This document shows positions 39,101 to 54,475 of a DNA stretch of 64,000 nucleotides, piece after piece. The notes under the pieces are model-generated. The model saw only the letters and a program-made list of their open reading frames with translations. It was not told the origin of the DNA and searched no databases. Positions within the stretch are counted from its first letter, which is position 1; every line of letters starts with the position of its first letter. This stretch comes from Seison nebaliae (Eukaryota), in contig JALJEE010000343.1 in the NCBI GenBank assembly GCA_023231475.1, positions 1 to 64,000 of the forward strand, given 5' to 3'. The position numbers were made by a program, and so were the translations under genes.

Positions 39101-41375
39101 CATTAGCAGTGGTGGTGGTTGAAGCGAAGGTGATAAAATTATGAATATGACTCATTAATTTCTTCCTCTTATTAGCTTCCTCCAATTTCGTTATTTTCGT
39201 CACGAGATTAGAGAATTGATTCTTCTTCATTGAATTCCGATTAATATCCAAATGTAAACGTTCCATATCTTCACTCTTCTGGAAGATACTTTGTTTGTGT
39301 TGAGAAAAGAATTCTGTAATCATCGATCCTTCACTAGTCTTATCAACCGCAACCGAAATACGAGCACTCATAGGTTTCTTCACTAATTTAAATTTGGCAT
39401 TCTTCCAATATTTCCCAATCGTCCGATTCATATGAAGTGATGAATGATTTGAATAATTATTATCCATTTCATTCACTGACATTTGAGTATTCTCCTCACT
39501 TCCAATCGTATTTCTCGAATCTTCATTGATTCTTTGTCTCACTTCATTCTTTTCACTTCCATTCTCTATAGGCGTAATATGAGCCATCAAAACGTTATTA
39601 CATCGAGACATTTTCCTCAAACTTCTCGATGCCAAAGAAATGATGGATGATCGGGCAATTAACGATTTTTTCCGATCACTTATACTGTGAAGTTGACTCT
39701 CTTCATTCTCTTCTTTCTTCTTCTTTCCATTATCATTCGGTAATCTGGAACGATTCTCAATTTTTTGTAAAATTTTAAATTCCACTTGAGACGAATATCT
39801 TTTCATCGGAACCAAAACCGATTGTAATCCAACAGCTGATGATGTCGATCGTTTATATCTCATATTATTCTTCCTCGTTGTCGATTTCATTTCTTCCTCA
39901 TTCGACGAATGAGACAAATGATTCAAAGATAATTTCGATTGATTATCAATTTCATGTGATAGAATTGTCGATGTTGACGATCGATCGTCTGCTGGAGGTT
40001 CCATTTCCGAATCATATTTTCTCTCTTGATAATCGATATCGATCTTATTCTCTCGATTCGAATCATTACTCTTATTACTATTCTCATTAGATGGATAATT
40101 TCTCAGTGTTATGGATGATTGTCGATGATTATGTATAGTTATCGTAGGAATATTCATCAACGGTTCTGGTACTAAAATTGAAGATTTTTTATGTTTCGTC
40201 TGTTGTCGATAAATGAATGACGAAGTAGCCACATAACGACGATGAGAAGTGGATAAAGGTGGCTTAGTAATGCTAAAAAATTTCCATCGTCTACCAATTT
40301 TCGGATTGTTCATACTTCGTTTCTTATCCTGATTACGACCATTCAATTCGTCATTATATCCTGATACGCAGAATGATGATGATGATATTGAAGAATGATG
40401 ATGTCGATAATAATATTGTTTTTTCATATCACTTTTTTTAGCTTTGGCGGAAGTGGAATTGAATTTTTTCCGAAGAAAATCTTTTGGTGAAATAATTGAT
40501 TGAAATGAAAGTGTCGACATCGAATTTTCAGGTGAACATGCATATTCCATTAATTTTTCGTCAGTTAATAATGTTGAAGAAATATTCCAATATTCTTGTT
40601 TTTTCTGTCGTTCGATTGCTCGTTTAGAACGAATTCGTATTTGATTAATTGTTGTCAGACCAAGGAACGTCATGAGAATAAATGGTAACCAGAAAGTGAT
40701 GGTTGTGCAATAAGCGAGATATTCGGGTGAATAATAATAACATTTGAAGACAAAATTCCTGTGTAAATTGGAGGAGGATTCCATCGTCGAATTATGTTGA
40801 ATTGCTCGTAAAATTTTATTATTGTCTCGAATACTAATCACAGCTAATGGGATTGTCGTCAGAAATGAAATAATCCAACTACTACTAATCAACCAAATGA
40901 CACGTTGTCTCATACCTTGACGGAATCGGAAGGGATATTTCACCGATAAATATCGTTCGAATGTTATGGCCAATAAATGGAGAATGGAAGTTGTTGTAAA
41001 GAAAACATCGGATGATAACCAAATGAGGCATGGATAGAAACCCAAATTCCACGAATTAGATATCTAGAAAATATTATTAAGTACATTGAACAATCGATTG
41101 AAATGAATAACTTGAGAATATATGGCAAGTGGCATCGTTATTGTTGACAAAAGTAAATCAGTAGTAGATAGACTAATTATCATGGTGGTGGTTATCATTC
41201 GAATGTATTTGGCGTTACATATTGCTAGAATAACAATCAGATTGCCCAAGAACACCCAGAGTTCGATGAGAATGAGAAAGAAGAAATAAGTGTTGGTGGG
41301 CGATGGAAGTGGGGAGTGGATGAGAGTGAAAGATGATGACTCGTTGATGGTGGAAATTGGCGTGACATTAGTCAT
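36108..41375 (-). CDS. Class A aminergic GPCR (5-HT2-like), about 1,739 aa, with a giant third intracellular loop
   Basis: TM1 GNLIVILAI, TM2 SLSTTDLL, TM3 CLIWLSSDVFFTTTSILHLLAITFERY (D3.32), TM5 FWLPFILM, TM6 FILLYLPFF, TM7 TWLGYSSSGINPCLY, helix 8 FKRAF. One intron, 41064-41111. Confidence 0.9.
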
Positions 41376-43850
41376 CTTTGTACATTACTTCTATCTTGTT
41401 CATATTTCATTTGGATGTTGGGCAAAACAACGAAGTAAATTTTAAAAGGAAAGTTCAATCAGTCAATTTCCACCTCCTCCACACAATCACGACAACGTAA
41501 TCATTCCCGTTCGCTATGGAAGTTTCATGAATAAATTAGCTCAATAAATAGAGAGATTAAGATGCAACTAGATTAAATGAAAATAGAAAAATTTATTACT
41601 AATGATTGCATTTTTTTTTGGGTGAAGGAACAGAGGAGATATGACATCAATCGCATTATTGATTTGTCTATTAGATTTCTCTTTCAATTATTCATCTTCA
41701 ATGACTATCGACAACTATCTATAATTGTTTATCGAACATCGTCGTCCTTCTTTTGTTTTTCTTCGGAAGAATTCTTTATCTATCTTTCCGTTTACTACGA
41801 TTTCCTGTTTAGCTTTTTATCCAAAAACCAATCCATCAATTTCTTCCAACATTTAATGTTGGAATCATGAACATTACCAAATCGAGCTAACGATATAACA
41901 ACATATGTGAGATAAAAGACGGGGAAGTTGACTTCTGAGAAATTGGCAATGGCACAATTGACGACCAATGTACTACTTCAACAATGGCATGTGAACCATT
42001 GTTTTCTTTCTGTCTATTTATCTCCCTTAGGAATTATCAAGAACCTTAATTTTTGTTTGCATAAAACTTCGTAAATTATTTTATCAAATGAATAACAACT
42101 TCCAATGTAGAAATTGAAGAGAAATATGTCCTCTCGAATCAATTCGATATAAATAGATGGATATTTTCCATCTCATTCCATCATCATTTCGTCACCTGTC
42201 TAATCGTTTAATAATTTTATTAAAAGTAAGTGTATCGGTTAATTAGTTTGTAATGAAAAAGTTGGAACATGGAAAATCCACAGATGAATTATAAATAGAA
42301 ATATATCTTCTCCAGTAGAATAGTGGAATAAAAGTCGTTTTAGACTTCAACAAAAAAAGGAGGAGAATCGAACGATTGATATTTTGAAGAATTAAATCTA
42401 CTTTCGTATGTGCTCTCGGCGAAGAATTTCGATGTTCTTCATGTGTCTATGTCGGAAGTGTATATAAAAGAATTGTTGTTACTTATGTCGCCTATGGCAA
42501 GAGATATGAACATAATCTTATGATCATCCATATAACTAAAACACTCAGATTTATAATTACGTATCGGTCGATATAGATTCGTTCTCATGGAAAATTTTCC
42601 TCTTTTTTCTCGACTCCAATCTCCGCCATCGCCTCTTCTTCATGGTTTAAGTTCAAATTATTTTCCCCTCATATATTTATTCTACTTTTCCTCATCGTTC
42701 TCATTGCTGATAACGTGAGACGATAAGTTTATTGTCTTTTCCTAAACTGTACAATCAGGAAACAAACAGCAGTACATCTTTCTGATTCCACATACAATTT
42801 TTCGAAACTTGATTAACTATTAGAATTTGTGGAGAAGTTCGATAAGGAAATAAATCCTTCATTAATCCAATATGTTAATAATACTCCGTTTTTTTTTAAA
42901 CTGACGAAACAAATAAACTTTTAATTTATTGGACAATTCAATATTATGAGCAATTTGAATTTATTTATTTACGAATTTAAATCGTCTTCAAAGGTTAAAA
43001 TGTATAAGAATCATCTCAACGATGCAGGTGAATTGTATATTAAAAAGAGGAGAAATTAAATATTCTAAAATGAAGAAGATCCATTAAAGATATTATAATG
43101 AATTTGGTCCGATTAATAAAATAATTTATCGACTACTTTAATTTTATTCGTAATGAAGTGTATCGGAGAATTGAAGTAGAAAGTGTTCAGCATTAAATAA
43201 TGAACGATCATAGTTCAGTTGGGAATCGTCTCTACAATCCGACGTGAAAAGGAAACGCCTCCATATAGAATGTAAATACATATGATTCGGATAAAGATGA
43301 TGGAAACGATTGTTAATTTATGTAATACATTTGTGCAATTATGGGCACATATTAGCATCGAAATGCCTTTTCGTCATTCAAGTACATAAGGAATGTCATC
43401 ATGTTACTGTCGTGTAAGTCCAGTACGAAGGCGAATGAGAAAATTTGGTAAAAAAATAATTTATTGATGATCCTGCAGATGGTGTATATCTATGAAATTC
43501 TTTAACGTTTAAATATTCTCCATCGTGTAGACATTGGGAAGGATTGTCGCATGTAGTGTGGGATGATTGTAGATGGCAGAGAATTGTAGAACAGAAGAAG
43601 ATAACAGAAGAGAACGTAAAATCGTACTACATGCAAATAAACCATGGTTTATTTAGACTGAGCAAATTGTTATGTATGTGCCGTAGTATGGAGAAAGATA
43701 ATTAGGAGCAATTTGTTCAAATTCATCGTTTAATGCAGAAGATGTACACAGAAATATGAAAAGGATTTCCATTCTTCTTCTTCTCCGAGTAAAAGAAAAT
43801 CTGTGATATACATTCCCGATTGAGAGGAATTTACGAGTTGCCGAATCGAA

Positions 43851-44894
43851 CTACTGTCGTTCATTTCCAAACGAAATGATTAGATGTCGTCCCCTCATTT
43901 TTCTCATATGCCAATAATTAAGATATTTTTCGGCAGCAGCTTTACTGGGAAACTGAATAAATGCTTGATGTCTTAAGCGACCCTTACGGAAATATCGGAT
44001 ATTAATCTCATTCATTTGACACTTCATTTCATGACATAATTCCTCAATAGTTCTTTTCAATTCAATTAAACCGATGCTCCTACCCAGATTTCTGATATAC
44101 ACAACATCATTCAACTCGCCACGTCGATAATGAAATAGAAGTTTCTCAACGTTCTCCTCCTTCCTCACTAATGAACTTGTCACTGATTCCTCATTCTCGG
44201 TTGTCGAAGATAATGGTCTTTTTATGCTGACTGATGATATGGGCAATGTCGATGATAATGAAGATGGTGATGTAACTTTTGTTACTTGTGACAATGGCGA
44301 TGATGAAACTAATGAGGAAACTGGTGATGAGACTAATGATGAAAGTGATGATAATGATGATGATGATGATGATATCATTAATTCTCTTCTCTTCCAATCA
44401 TTCGACACATCATTCCCTTCTATGTTGTGTTTGAGAGTATTAATTGAATTTGGATGGATAGGTGAAGGAAATTGTTTGAGCGAGATATTCATGTTAATTT
44501 TATTAATTATCGATAATCGACCAATGTGATTCGGTTGGATTTCCAGACGTTTCCATTTGCATATGGATTGAGGAGTCTCATTCATATCCTCCTCATAATT
44601 AGTCAATATATCATCCAATTCTTCCGGTAATCTCTCCGAATTCATCACTGCTTGATTAATCCATTTGTCATTAGCATATTGCACCAATAAACGTTCATTT
44701 CCCACTTTCAATTGATGCAGATACAATAATGCCAAGCGTGCTATATTATTATTGGGGAAATGTAATAGAAAAATTAATTTGTCATCTTTCACCAAAGGAA
44801 TTAGGTCGTCCGCATGGAAATCTCTGAACAATCGCTTCCACACATCAACTCCGATCACTTGACTGACATTCGAGACTAACAGGAAATTTTCCAT
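43851..44894 (-). CDS. RNPC3: Two-RRM protein, U11/U12 snRNP 65K (RNPC3)-like, divergent
   Basis: RRM1 FPNNNIARLALLYLHQLKVGNERLLVQYA and RRM2 YRRGELNDVVYIRNL...IRYFRKGRLRHQAFIQFPSKAAAEK...LIISFG match the RNPC3 patterns (LHQLK..G..L.V.FA; Y..GEP...YVKNL; GRMKGQAF). Confidence 0.75.
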   Translation of the reverse strand: MENFLLVSNVSQVIGVDVWKRLFRDFHADDLIPLVKDDKLIFLLHFPNNNIARLALLYLHQLKVGNERLLVQYANDKWINQAVMNSERLPEELDDILTNYEEDMNETPQSICKWKRLEIQPNHIGRLSIINKINMNISLKQFPSPIHPNSINTLKHNIEGNDVSNDWKRRELMISSSSSSLSSLSSLVSSPVSSLVSSSPLSQVTKVTSPSSLSSTLPISSVSIKRPLSSTTENEESVTSSLVRKEENVEKLLFHYRRGELNDVVYIRNLGRSIGLIELKRTIEELCHEMKCQMNEINIRYFRKGRLRHQAFIQFPSKAAAEKYLNYWHMRKMRGRHLIISFGNERQ

Positions 44895-45188
44895 CGGAAA
44901 TTTATTAATTATCTTAAAATTAAATAATTCAATTTATCATCCTTCATGAGATTTGATGAGAAAAAAGAGAAATATTCTCAAAACTAAATTCTTCTTCAAC
45001 ATTTTCTCCTCCACCGAAATAATAAGCCTCTTCCAAAAAAAATTATTGAGTTATTATTATTATTGTTGTTGTTGTTGTTGCTATCCAAATAGTTTGACGT
45101 GACATAGTTGCGTAAACTTTCCGAATTATTACTTTGTATGTATATAAAGCAGAGTGTAAACTATCAAACAAATTTCAAAACTTAAATC

Positions 45189-47147
45189 ATGAACGATCAT
45201 TCTAATTGTACGACGATTATAAACGAGTTAATTGATGTGATGGATGAGAATCTGATGATCGATAATAAATATGTTATCGATTTCACTAATCTCTTTCCAT
45301 CAGATGAAGTGAAGGAGAAGAATTTAAATTTCTTCAAACAATCCATTAGCAAATCGAATAGTGAAACATTCATTCTCATCGGAACTCGAATCGAAGTGGA
45401 TGGAAGTCAATTCAAAATAATTTCTTCCATCAAATCCGAAAATGAACTTTCCGATATCAAATCTCAATTGGTCTTGTTATCGAAAGAATTGAATGTCGAT
45501 TATTTGCCAATAGTTGATGGATCAATTAAACTGATGACTGAATTTACGTCGAAAAAGAATCGAAATGTCGATCCGAATCTCCATCACAATTTAATGGAGA
45601 ATTTGAAATTTTCCGATTTGGAGAAAACTGAATATCAACTTCCTTTACTCATTCGAAAGAGAATGAAAACGGATGATTTCTTCGAAGTTCGAATTGGAGT
45701 TGTGGGAAATGTCGATGCTGGAAAATCGACAATGTTGGGCGTTCTCACACATTGTGTGTTAGATGATGGACGAGGTTTAGCTCGTCAATGTCTCTTTCGA
45801 CATAAACATGAAATAGAAACTGGACGAACATCATCAGTTGGTTATGATATTTTAGGATATTCTTCCACTGGTTGTATCGTTAATCGAATTATTGAACAAC
45901 AATCGACACATGATTGGAATTATATTTGTAAGAATTCGTCGAAAATTATCACATTCATCGATTTGGCTGGTCACGAGAAATATTTGAAGACGACAGTGTT
46001 CGGTTTAACTTCCCATCAACCTGATTATTGTATGTTGATGATTGGAGCGAATTCGGGAATTATCGGAATGACAAAAGAACATTTAGGTCTCGCTTTAGCT
46101 CTCCGTCTTCGAATATTTGTGGTAATCACCAAAATTGATATGTGTCCCGAAGATATTCGAGTTAATACGATAACTTATTTGGAGAAAATGTTAAAATCAT
46201 CTGGTTGTAAGAAACGACCAGTTGTCATTCAAAAATTACAGGATGTCATTTTTGCCGCCGAAAATATTCAAAATAATGATAAGATCTGTCCAATTTTTCA
46301 AATTTCAAATTTGAACGGAAATCAAGTCGATTTCTTAAGACTCTTCCTCAATCTCATTCCTCCATTACACGTACCACAAACGAGAAAACCGACAGAATTC
46401 GTCATCGACGAAACTTATACAGTAACTGGTGTTGGTACAGTTGTTACTGGAACTGTTTTCCAAGGACAAATTTCGGTGAACGATCATTTGTGGTTGGGAC
46501 CGGACAAATTAGGAAGTTTCCGTCAAGTTCAAATTAGATCGATCCATCGTAAACGGATGTTGGTCGATAGAACGGAAGCTGTGCAGAGTTCATGTTTAGC
46601 TTTGAAAAAGATACGACGGAACGAAGTGAGGAAAGGAATGGTGATGTTGGAGAAAGAACCGACATTTCCTGAAATAATTCCAAATGATCAAATATTGATG
46701 AGAAGTATCATTCAAGGAATTTGGGAGTTTGATGCTGAAATTTTAATTCTTCATCATCCAACAACAATTGCTGTGAAATATCAGGCAGTCATTCATTGTG
46801 GTGCCATTCGACAAACGGCAACTATTGTCCATATAGAAAAGATAAAGAAAAATCGAAAAAATGAAGTGACAACATCGATGAAGAATATGGAAGATGATGA
46901 TGATGTTAGAATAAGAACGGGAGATAAAGCAATCATCACTTTCCGATTTATCAATCGACCAGAATATATAAAGATCGGACAAACGGTTGTCTTCCGTGAA
47001 GGACGAACGAAAGCTGTCGGTTCAGTGAAGAATATTTATAATTATCTCACAAAAAAATTGCATTCCGCTTCTCGAATGACATCATATCAACGAACAATTG
47101 GACGGAAACTGGGAAATAAAAGTTCGTTTTTTTCTAAAAAAATTTAA
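45189..47147 (+). CDS. GTPBP1: GTP-binding protein 1 (eEF1A-like translational GTPase)
   Basis: [80 protein letters not shown]. Confidence 0.93.
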   Translation: MNDHSNCTTIINELIDVMDENLMIDNKYVIDFTNLFPSDEVKEKNLNFFKQSISKSNSETFILIGTRIEVDGSQFKIISSIKSENELSDIKSQLVLLSKELNVDYLPIVDGSIKLMTEFTSKKNRNVDPNLHHNLMENLKFSDLEKTEYQLPLLIRKRMKTDDFFEVRIGVVGNVDAGKSTMLGVLTHCVLDDGRGLARQCLFRHKHEIETGRTSSVGYDILGYSSTGCIVNRIIEQQSTHDWNYICKNSSKIITFIDLAGHEKYLKTTVFGLTSHQPDYCMLMIGANSGIIGMTKEHLGLALALRLRIFVVITKIDMCPEDIRVNTITYLEKMLKSSGCKKRPVVIQKLQDVIFAAENIQNNDKICPIFQISNLNGNQVDFLRLFLNLIPPLHVPQTRKPTEFVIDETYTVTGVGTVVTGTVFQGQISVNDHLWLGPDKLGSFRQVQIRSIHRKRMLVDRTEAVQSSCLALKKIRRNEVRKGMVMLEKEPTFPEIIPNDQILMRSIIQGIWEFDAEILILHHPTTIAVKYQAVIHCGAIRQTATIVHIEKIKKNRKNEVTTSMKNMEDDDDVRIRTGDKAIITFRFINRPEYIKIGQTVVFREGRTKAVGSVKNIYNYLTKKLHSASRMTSYQRTIGRKLGNKSSFFSKKI

Positions 47148-47256
47148 AGATTTTTTCAATTTAAAATTTTAGAAACGAACATCCAAAAGCGAAGACAGAA
47201 AAATGAAATGGATAAAAAAGTGGAAGAGCATAAATGAAAATGTCAAATTGATGAAT

Positions 47257-48766
<1,510 letters not shown>

Positions 48767-50074
48767 TGTCGTTTCAAATACAGAAAGAAAATAAGTTACT
48801 TTGAATTATGAGGAGAAATGAATTTTTACGCGCGACATCTTACTGAATTTTTGCTTTCCTAATAATTATAATGTTTATCGTGGCAATGGACAATCATGTC
48901 TATGTCTTCTTTTTCTCATTTGAGCTCTAATAAATTATATTTGAATTTTTCGCTTATACTTATTCCCCTACAAGTTAACCAAAAATATATCTTTCAGTTC
49001 TATGTCGAAATAATTTCTTCAAAATTAAAATTCTAATTCTTCTTTGAAAAACATCAACTGAATCAAAATATGTGTTGTTTCAACATCTGTTAGATTATGT
49101 TACATTGACTAATTAAATTACAAAACTCTGTCAGAAGAAACTCTAGTTTAAAAAATATTTAAGATAAATAGTTCAGAATAGTTCAGTTAGTTAAAAAGAT
49201 ATTTTAAAGCAGTAGAGTGTTCTAAAATAGTTTGTTTCTTCAAATTTGAAAATGACTTGACGAATATAAAATCTTTATAAAATAACGAGAAGAATGTAGA
49301 CGGATAATGATTGTGTCCTCCCAAATCAATTTGATAATTAAGAAAGTTGTTGAAATCAAATAAAGTTGAGCAAATAAATTTGCATATTTGGTTGTTTATT
49401 GCACCAGATGGATTAATAGGCAGGGAGAAGAATGATTTTTTATTAAAAATTATCGTATCTCAAATTGGTGTGAATAGAAGTCCCACACGATTTTTATCAC
49501 CAATCAACAATATCATTTAAAGTTCATTATGAAGAAAGCGAAGTCTTTTTTTTCACTTGGAAGGATATAAATTGGAGGAGTGATAAAAAAACCCTAAATT
49601 GTCAGTTAATGAATTACTGTTTCTCATGATCGAATGACAAGTCTCTTGAACATATCATTCATTTGAATCTCCAATAATATTTAGAAACCTTGAAAGTTCT
49701 AGAAAATTAAAAAAATTAATGATATTGATTAATTAATTAATTAATGATTCTCTCACATCTTCACTGTTTCCACTGTAGTGAAACTTTATGTTTCGTTGTC
49801 TTTCATAAAAGATTTTCTAGAATAAATATTGGTTCTTCAGTTTTATTATGTCGAGCAAATGACGTTCTTTATTCATCATTCCGAAATCATCATTCTTTAA
49901 TTTGTTTGTGAGTTACTTAAAATGTTATTCTAATTATAATAATTTCTCTATATAATAGTCGCCAACAAACTCTTCCAAAGTAAACCTGAACAAATCCCTT
50001 TCTCTATCGAACACAACATTATAAGAAGTCTTCTAATTCCTCTAAATTAGTCTCATTCCCCCCTCAGCAGGATT

Positions 50075-51599
50075 ATGAAAATCATCTTTTCTTTCATTTA
50101 TTTTCTTCTCCTATCACAGGTCGCACAATGTCGACAACGATTATTAGTCTTTGCCATGGATGGATTTAGTTGCCAATATTTAGAAAGAAAAGATTTGATA
50201 CCGAATATTTTGAAATTTTTCAGTAAATCTCTCAAAGCAAAATGTATGAAACCATCTTTTGCAACGAAAACATTCCCAAATTTCTGGTCAATGTCCACGG
50301 GTATTCTTTTATTTAATTAACTCTACTTCAACTAAAATTCAATTAAAAGGAACCTATGAGGAAACTCATGGAATTTTAGCGAATCGTTTCGTTGATCTTA
50401 AGAAGAATGCTGTGGTCAATGTTAAAACGACAAACGAAACAAAACATTATTTCTCCCAAACTCCCATGTGGGAATTGGCTGTCCAAAATGTTCTTCCTTT
50501 TTTTTTGAATTTTTGATGAGAAAATAATAAAATTTTTCAGAATAAGAAAGTTGGATCTATGAATTGGCCTGTATCGTTTGTGCCGAGGAAAGCTCAGACT
50601 CCCGACGCAAATGCTCCTCAAATTATGCAATTTAGTTATATGGGTCACTTGGACCGTGAGAGACAAGTATATCACGTTGCTCGTTGGTTCAATGATCTGG
50701 ATGTGGATTTAGGTTTGTTGTATATGAATGAACCAGATCGAACTGGTCATCAATATGGTGCACATCATCCACAAATGAATATAACAGTTTATTGTTTGTT
50801 TTCAAGAAGAATTTCATTCATTTTGTTGTGTAGTTGAAGAAAATGGATAAATTATTTAAGACGATTGTGTCATTATTGAGAAATCATGAAAATAGTAAAG
50901 ATGTTAATATCGTTCTCTTATCAGATCATGGAATGCAAGATTTGAAAGCTGAAAATCATATTCATATCGATAATTATGTATCGTTGAACGATATCAGTTT
51001 TTACGATGATGTAAGTATGGGTGTAATGTTGCACATTCATCCAAAAGAAGGAAAAGTTATTTTTTTCATTTGATTACTGAAAAAATAATTTTTATTATTA
51101 TATAATTAAATTTCAGATGGATAAAGTTTGGAATGATTTGCAGAAATTGAAGAAATATGCAAAAATTTTCAAGAAAGATTCAATTCCTGAACATTATCAT
51201 TATAAGGATAACAAAAACGCCCCACCCATTCTCGTCAATATGAAACAAGGTTACAGTATGGGAAGGAAGACGGTGGCACAAGAAGATTTCGGTGGGCATG
51301 GATACAGTAATGAGATGGATACGATGCAAGCAATTTTTATGGCTGACGGTCCCGCCTTCCAAACGGGCAGTGTAGATAAATTTGAGAATGTCAACATTTT
51401 CGGTATCATTCTCAAATTGTTAGGGGTGACGCCTTCGCCAAATAATGGGACTGAAAAAATTTGGAAGAAAGTTCTAACAAAAGATGCGTACGAGAATAAT
51501 GATGCAATTCAAACACCACTATCGGTCAACCTATTGATTCTTTTTTCATCCTTCCATTTATTATTCAGTTGTAACTTTATCAATTTATCATTGTTATGA
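50075..51599 (+). CDS. Ectonucleotide pyrophosphatase/phosphodiesterase (ENPP4/5/6/7-like) with a signal peptide and hydrophobic C-terminus
   Basis: LLVFAMDGF, TKTFPN (catalytic Thr), EETHGILAN, EPDRTGHQYG, LLSDHGM, GGHGY, FMADGPAF, PSPNNGT. Introns 50301-50349, 50490-50540, 50787-50833, 51056-51116. Confidence 0.88.
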
Positions 51600-52422
51600 T
51601 TTTGTCGACAATAAAAACAAAAGTTTTAATTAGACATTTTTCGTGAGTAGGAAATAATTGGTTTTGTTTGAATGGAAATGAACTGATTGTCGTTGTAATA
51701 AATTGAATTAATTTGTTAAATTAAACAGAAGCGATGAATGATCAGCGGGAATCAATATATTCATTATGAACTGACAATAAATTCATTGAAGAATCGCAAA
51801 ATGCTGAAGAGACGGGAAAGAAATTTATTCTTCTTATTCTTCTCATCGACAAAGATGATGATGATGAGGTTAGGAAAACAATGGAAATTAATGATTTGTT
51901 CAATCCATTCAATTGGTCGAATACGTTCCGTCGCAATATTCTCTCAATTCATTCTTACAATTGTCAGTTCAGAAGTAAATTGTTCTAATATAAAACTGAT
52001 TGGGCTTTCGAAGAATCATTCTCATATTCATATGAGTAGAATAATTCTAAATAATTTCATTTGGAAATGAAAGATTAAAAGGAGAATTTGGCAGACATCC
52101 AATTTCCAAGAAATACTTAAAACATCCGTCATTTTTTTAGTGTGCTCTTTATTTTTATCATCAAATTGAGATTCTCCATCTTGACGGGAAAAGAATCATT
52201 TGCAATACATACTATTATTTCTATTATCTTTCTATAACACTTTTCTCATCCTGTTCTCCGCTTTTTGTCTTTCCAGTCAATGATTGCGCTAATAAAAACG
52301 AAATCTTCACGACTCTCGACATTTTCCGACTGTTAGATCTCCAAAATTTTAATTATTTCTTTTCATTATCAAGATTTCCATTATTTTTCACAATAAAATT
52401 TCGTAATTTTTTTATTCAAATT

Positions 52423-53247
<825 letters not shown>

Positions 53248-53405
53248 AAATTGACCATTGACGAATGGTGAGACAATTGAGAATTTCTTTAATTTATTTT
53301 CATATTTTATTAATGAAAAACCGTTATATGTCGACAAAAATTATTATGAATGAATTTATTATTTAAAATAATTCGATAAACGAACTTATTTCTGTTCATC
53401 GGTCA

Positions 53406-54407
53406 ATGAACAACTGGAGAGAACTGACTTTTGTTCTTCTGGTCATTGTGAGAGTGACCGGAGATGAACTTTATCATTCGCTTGCTTCTAAAAAAACAAT
53501 TGTCATTGAGAAATTGGTTGAATTGGAAATTAATCTCGTTCACGATATGGCGTTCGTTATCTCTGCATATGCTATGTATGAGAATCCTCTTCTAAATGTT
53601 ACTCGTCAATTCTTAGATGAGAAATTTAGTTTTAGTCGATTAACTTACGATAATTTAGTGAATGAAATGATGATGAATGAAGACGAAACTCAAACGAATG
53701 AAGATTTCCAAAATTTCCAAAACGAAATTAACATCTACTTCCTACAACGATTTTGTAATCGATTATTAGTTCTTCTCACCGAATCGATCCATCCAAATAA
53801 AACAAAACAAGTTATGAGGAAAGATCAATGTCTTTCATCTCTGATTGATGTTCATCTCACTTATCAATCACAAGACATTGACGACATATTCAATTTCAAT
53901 ACATTTGCTCTAATTCAATTCAAATCAATCTTAACACTTAATGCTCCTGCATTAAAATCAGAATTACCTCAACTAATCGATTTCCAACAAATTCATTCCA
54001 TCCCTCACAAACTGGTCAATGACGAATACTTCTTTAAAATCGTTAATTGTAACATCGAATGGTTACGACATTTGATCGATGAAGTTTCAGATGAGATGAA
54101 CAATTTGAAGAAAGATTTCCAATATCAAATTGCAGAAGAGAGAGCGATACATCCCCATAATGAAGGTTCGGAACATCTGCGCGTAACTATTGACGATTTG
54201 ATCGAATTAGATATTAATAATGTGGAAGAGAATTATGCGAATGAACAAGCAGAACATATCAACTCCGAAAAATTTCATATTACTCGTTCAATACTCATCG
54301 ACACTTTGGGATGTGCTACTACTTTATTTTTATTTGCTGCAGTTCCTTTCCTATCCTATGGAGTTTATATTTGTTTAAAAAGAAGAAAACTGAAAATTGA
54401 TGAATGA
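53406..54407 (+). CDS. Hypothetical type I membrane protein (signal peptide + C-terminal TM)
   Basis: 333-aa ORF with N-terminal LTFVLLVIVRVTG and C-terminal TLFLFAAVPFLSYGVYICL followed by KRRK. Confidence 0.7.
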   Translation: MNNWRELTFVLLVIVRVTGDELYHSLASKKTIVIEKLVELEINLVHDMAFVISAYAMYENPLLNVTRQFLDEKFSFSRLTYDNLVNEMMMNEDETQTNEDFQNFQNEINIYFLQRFCNRLLVLLTESIHPNKTKQVMRKDQCLSSLIDVHLTYQSQDIDDIFNFNTFALIQFKSILTLNAPALKSELPQLIDFQQIHSIPHKLVNDEYFFKIVNCNIEWLRHLIDEVSDEMNNLKKDFQYQIAEERAIHPHNEGSEHLRVTIDDLIELDINNVEENYANEQAEHINSEKFHITRSILIDTLGCATTLFLFAAVPFLSYGVYICLKRRKLKIDE

Positions 54408-54475
54408 AATCAATAAGAGATTCGTAAAATTTTATACATAAATCATAAATTAACAATTTAATTATGAAATTAAGT

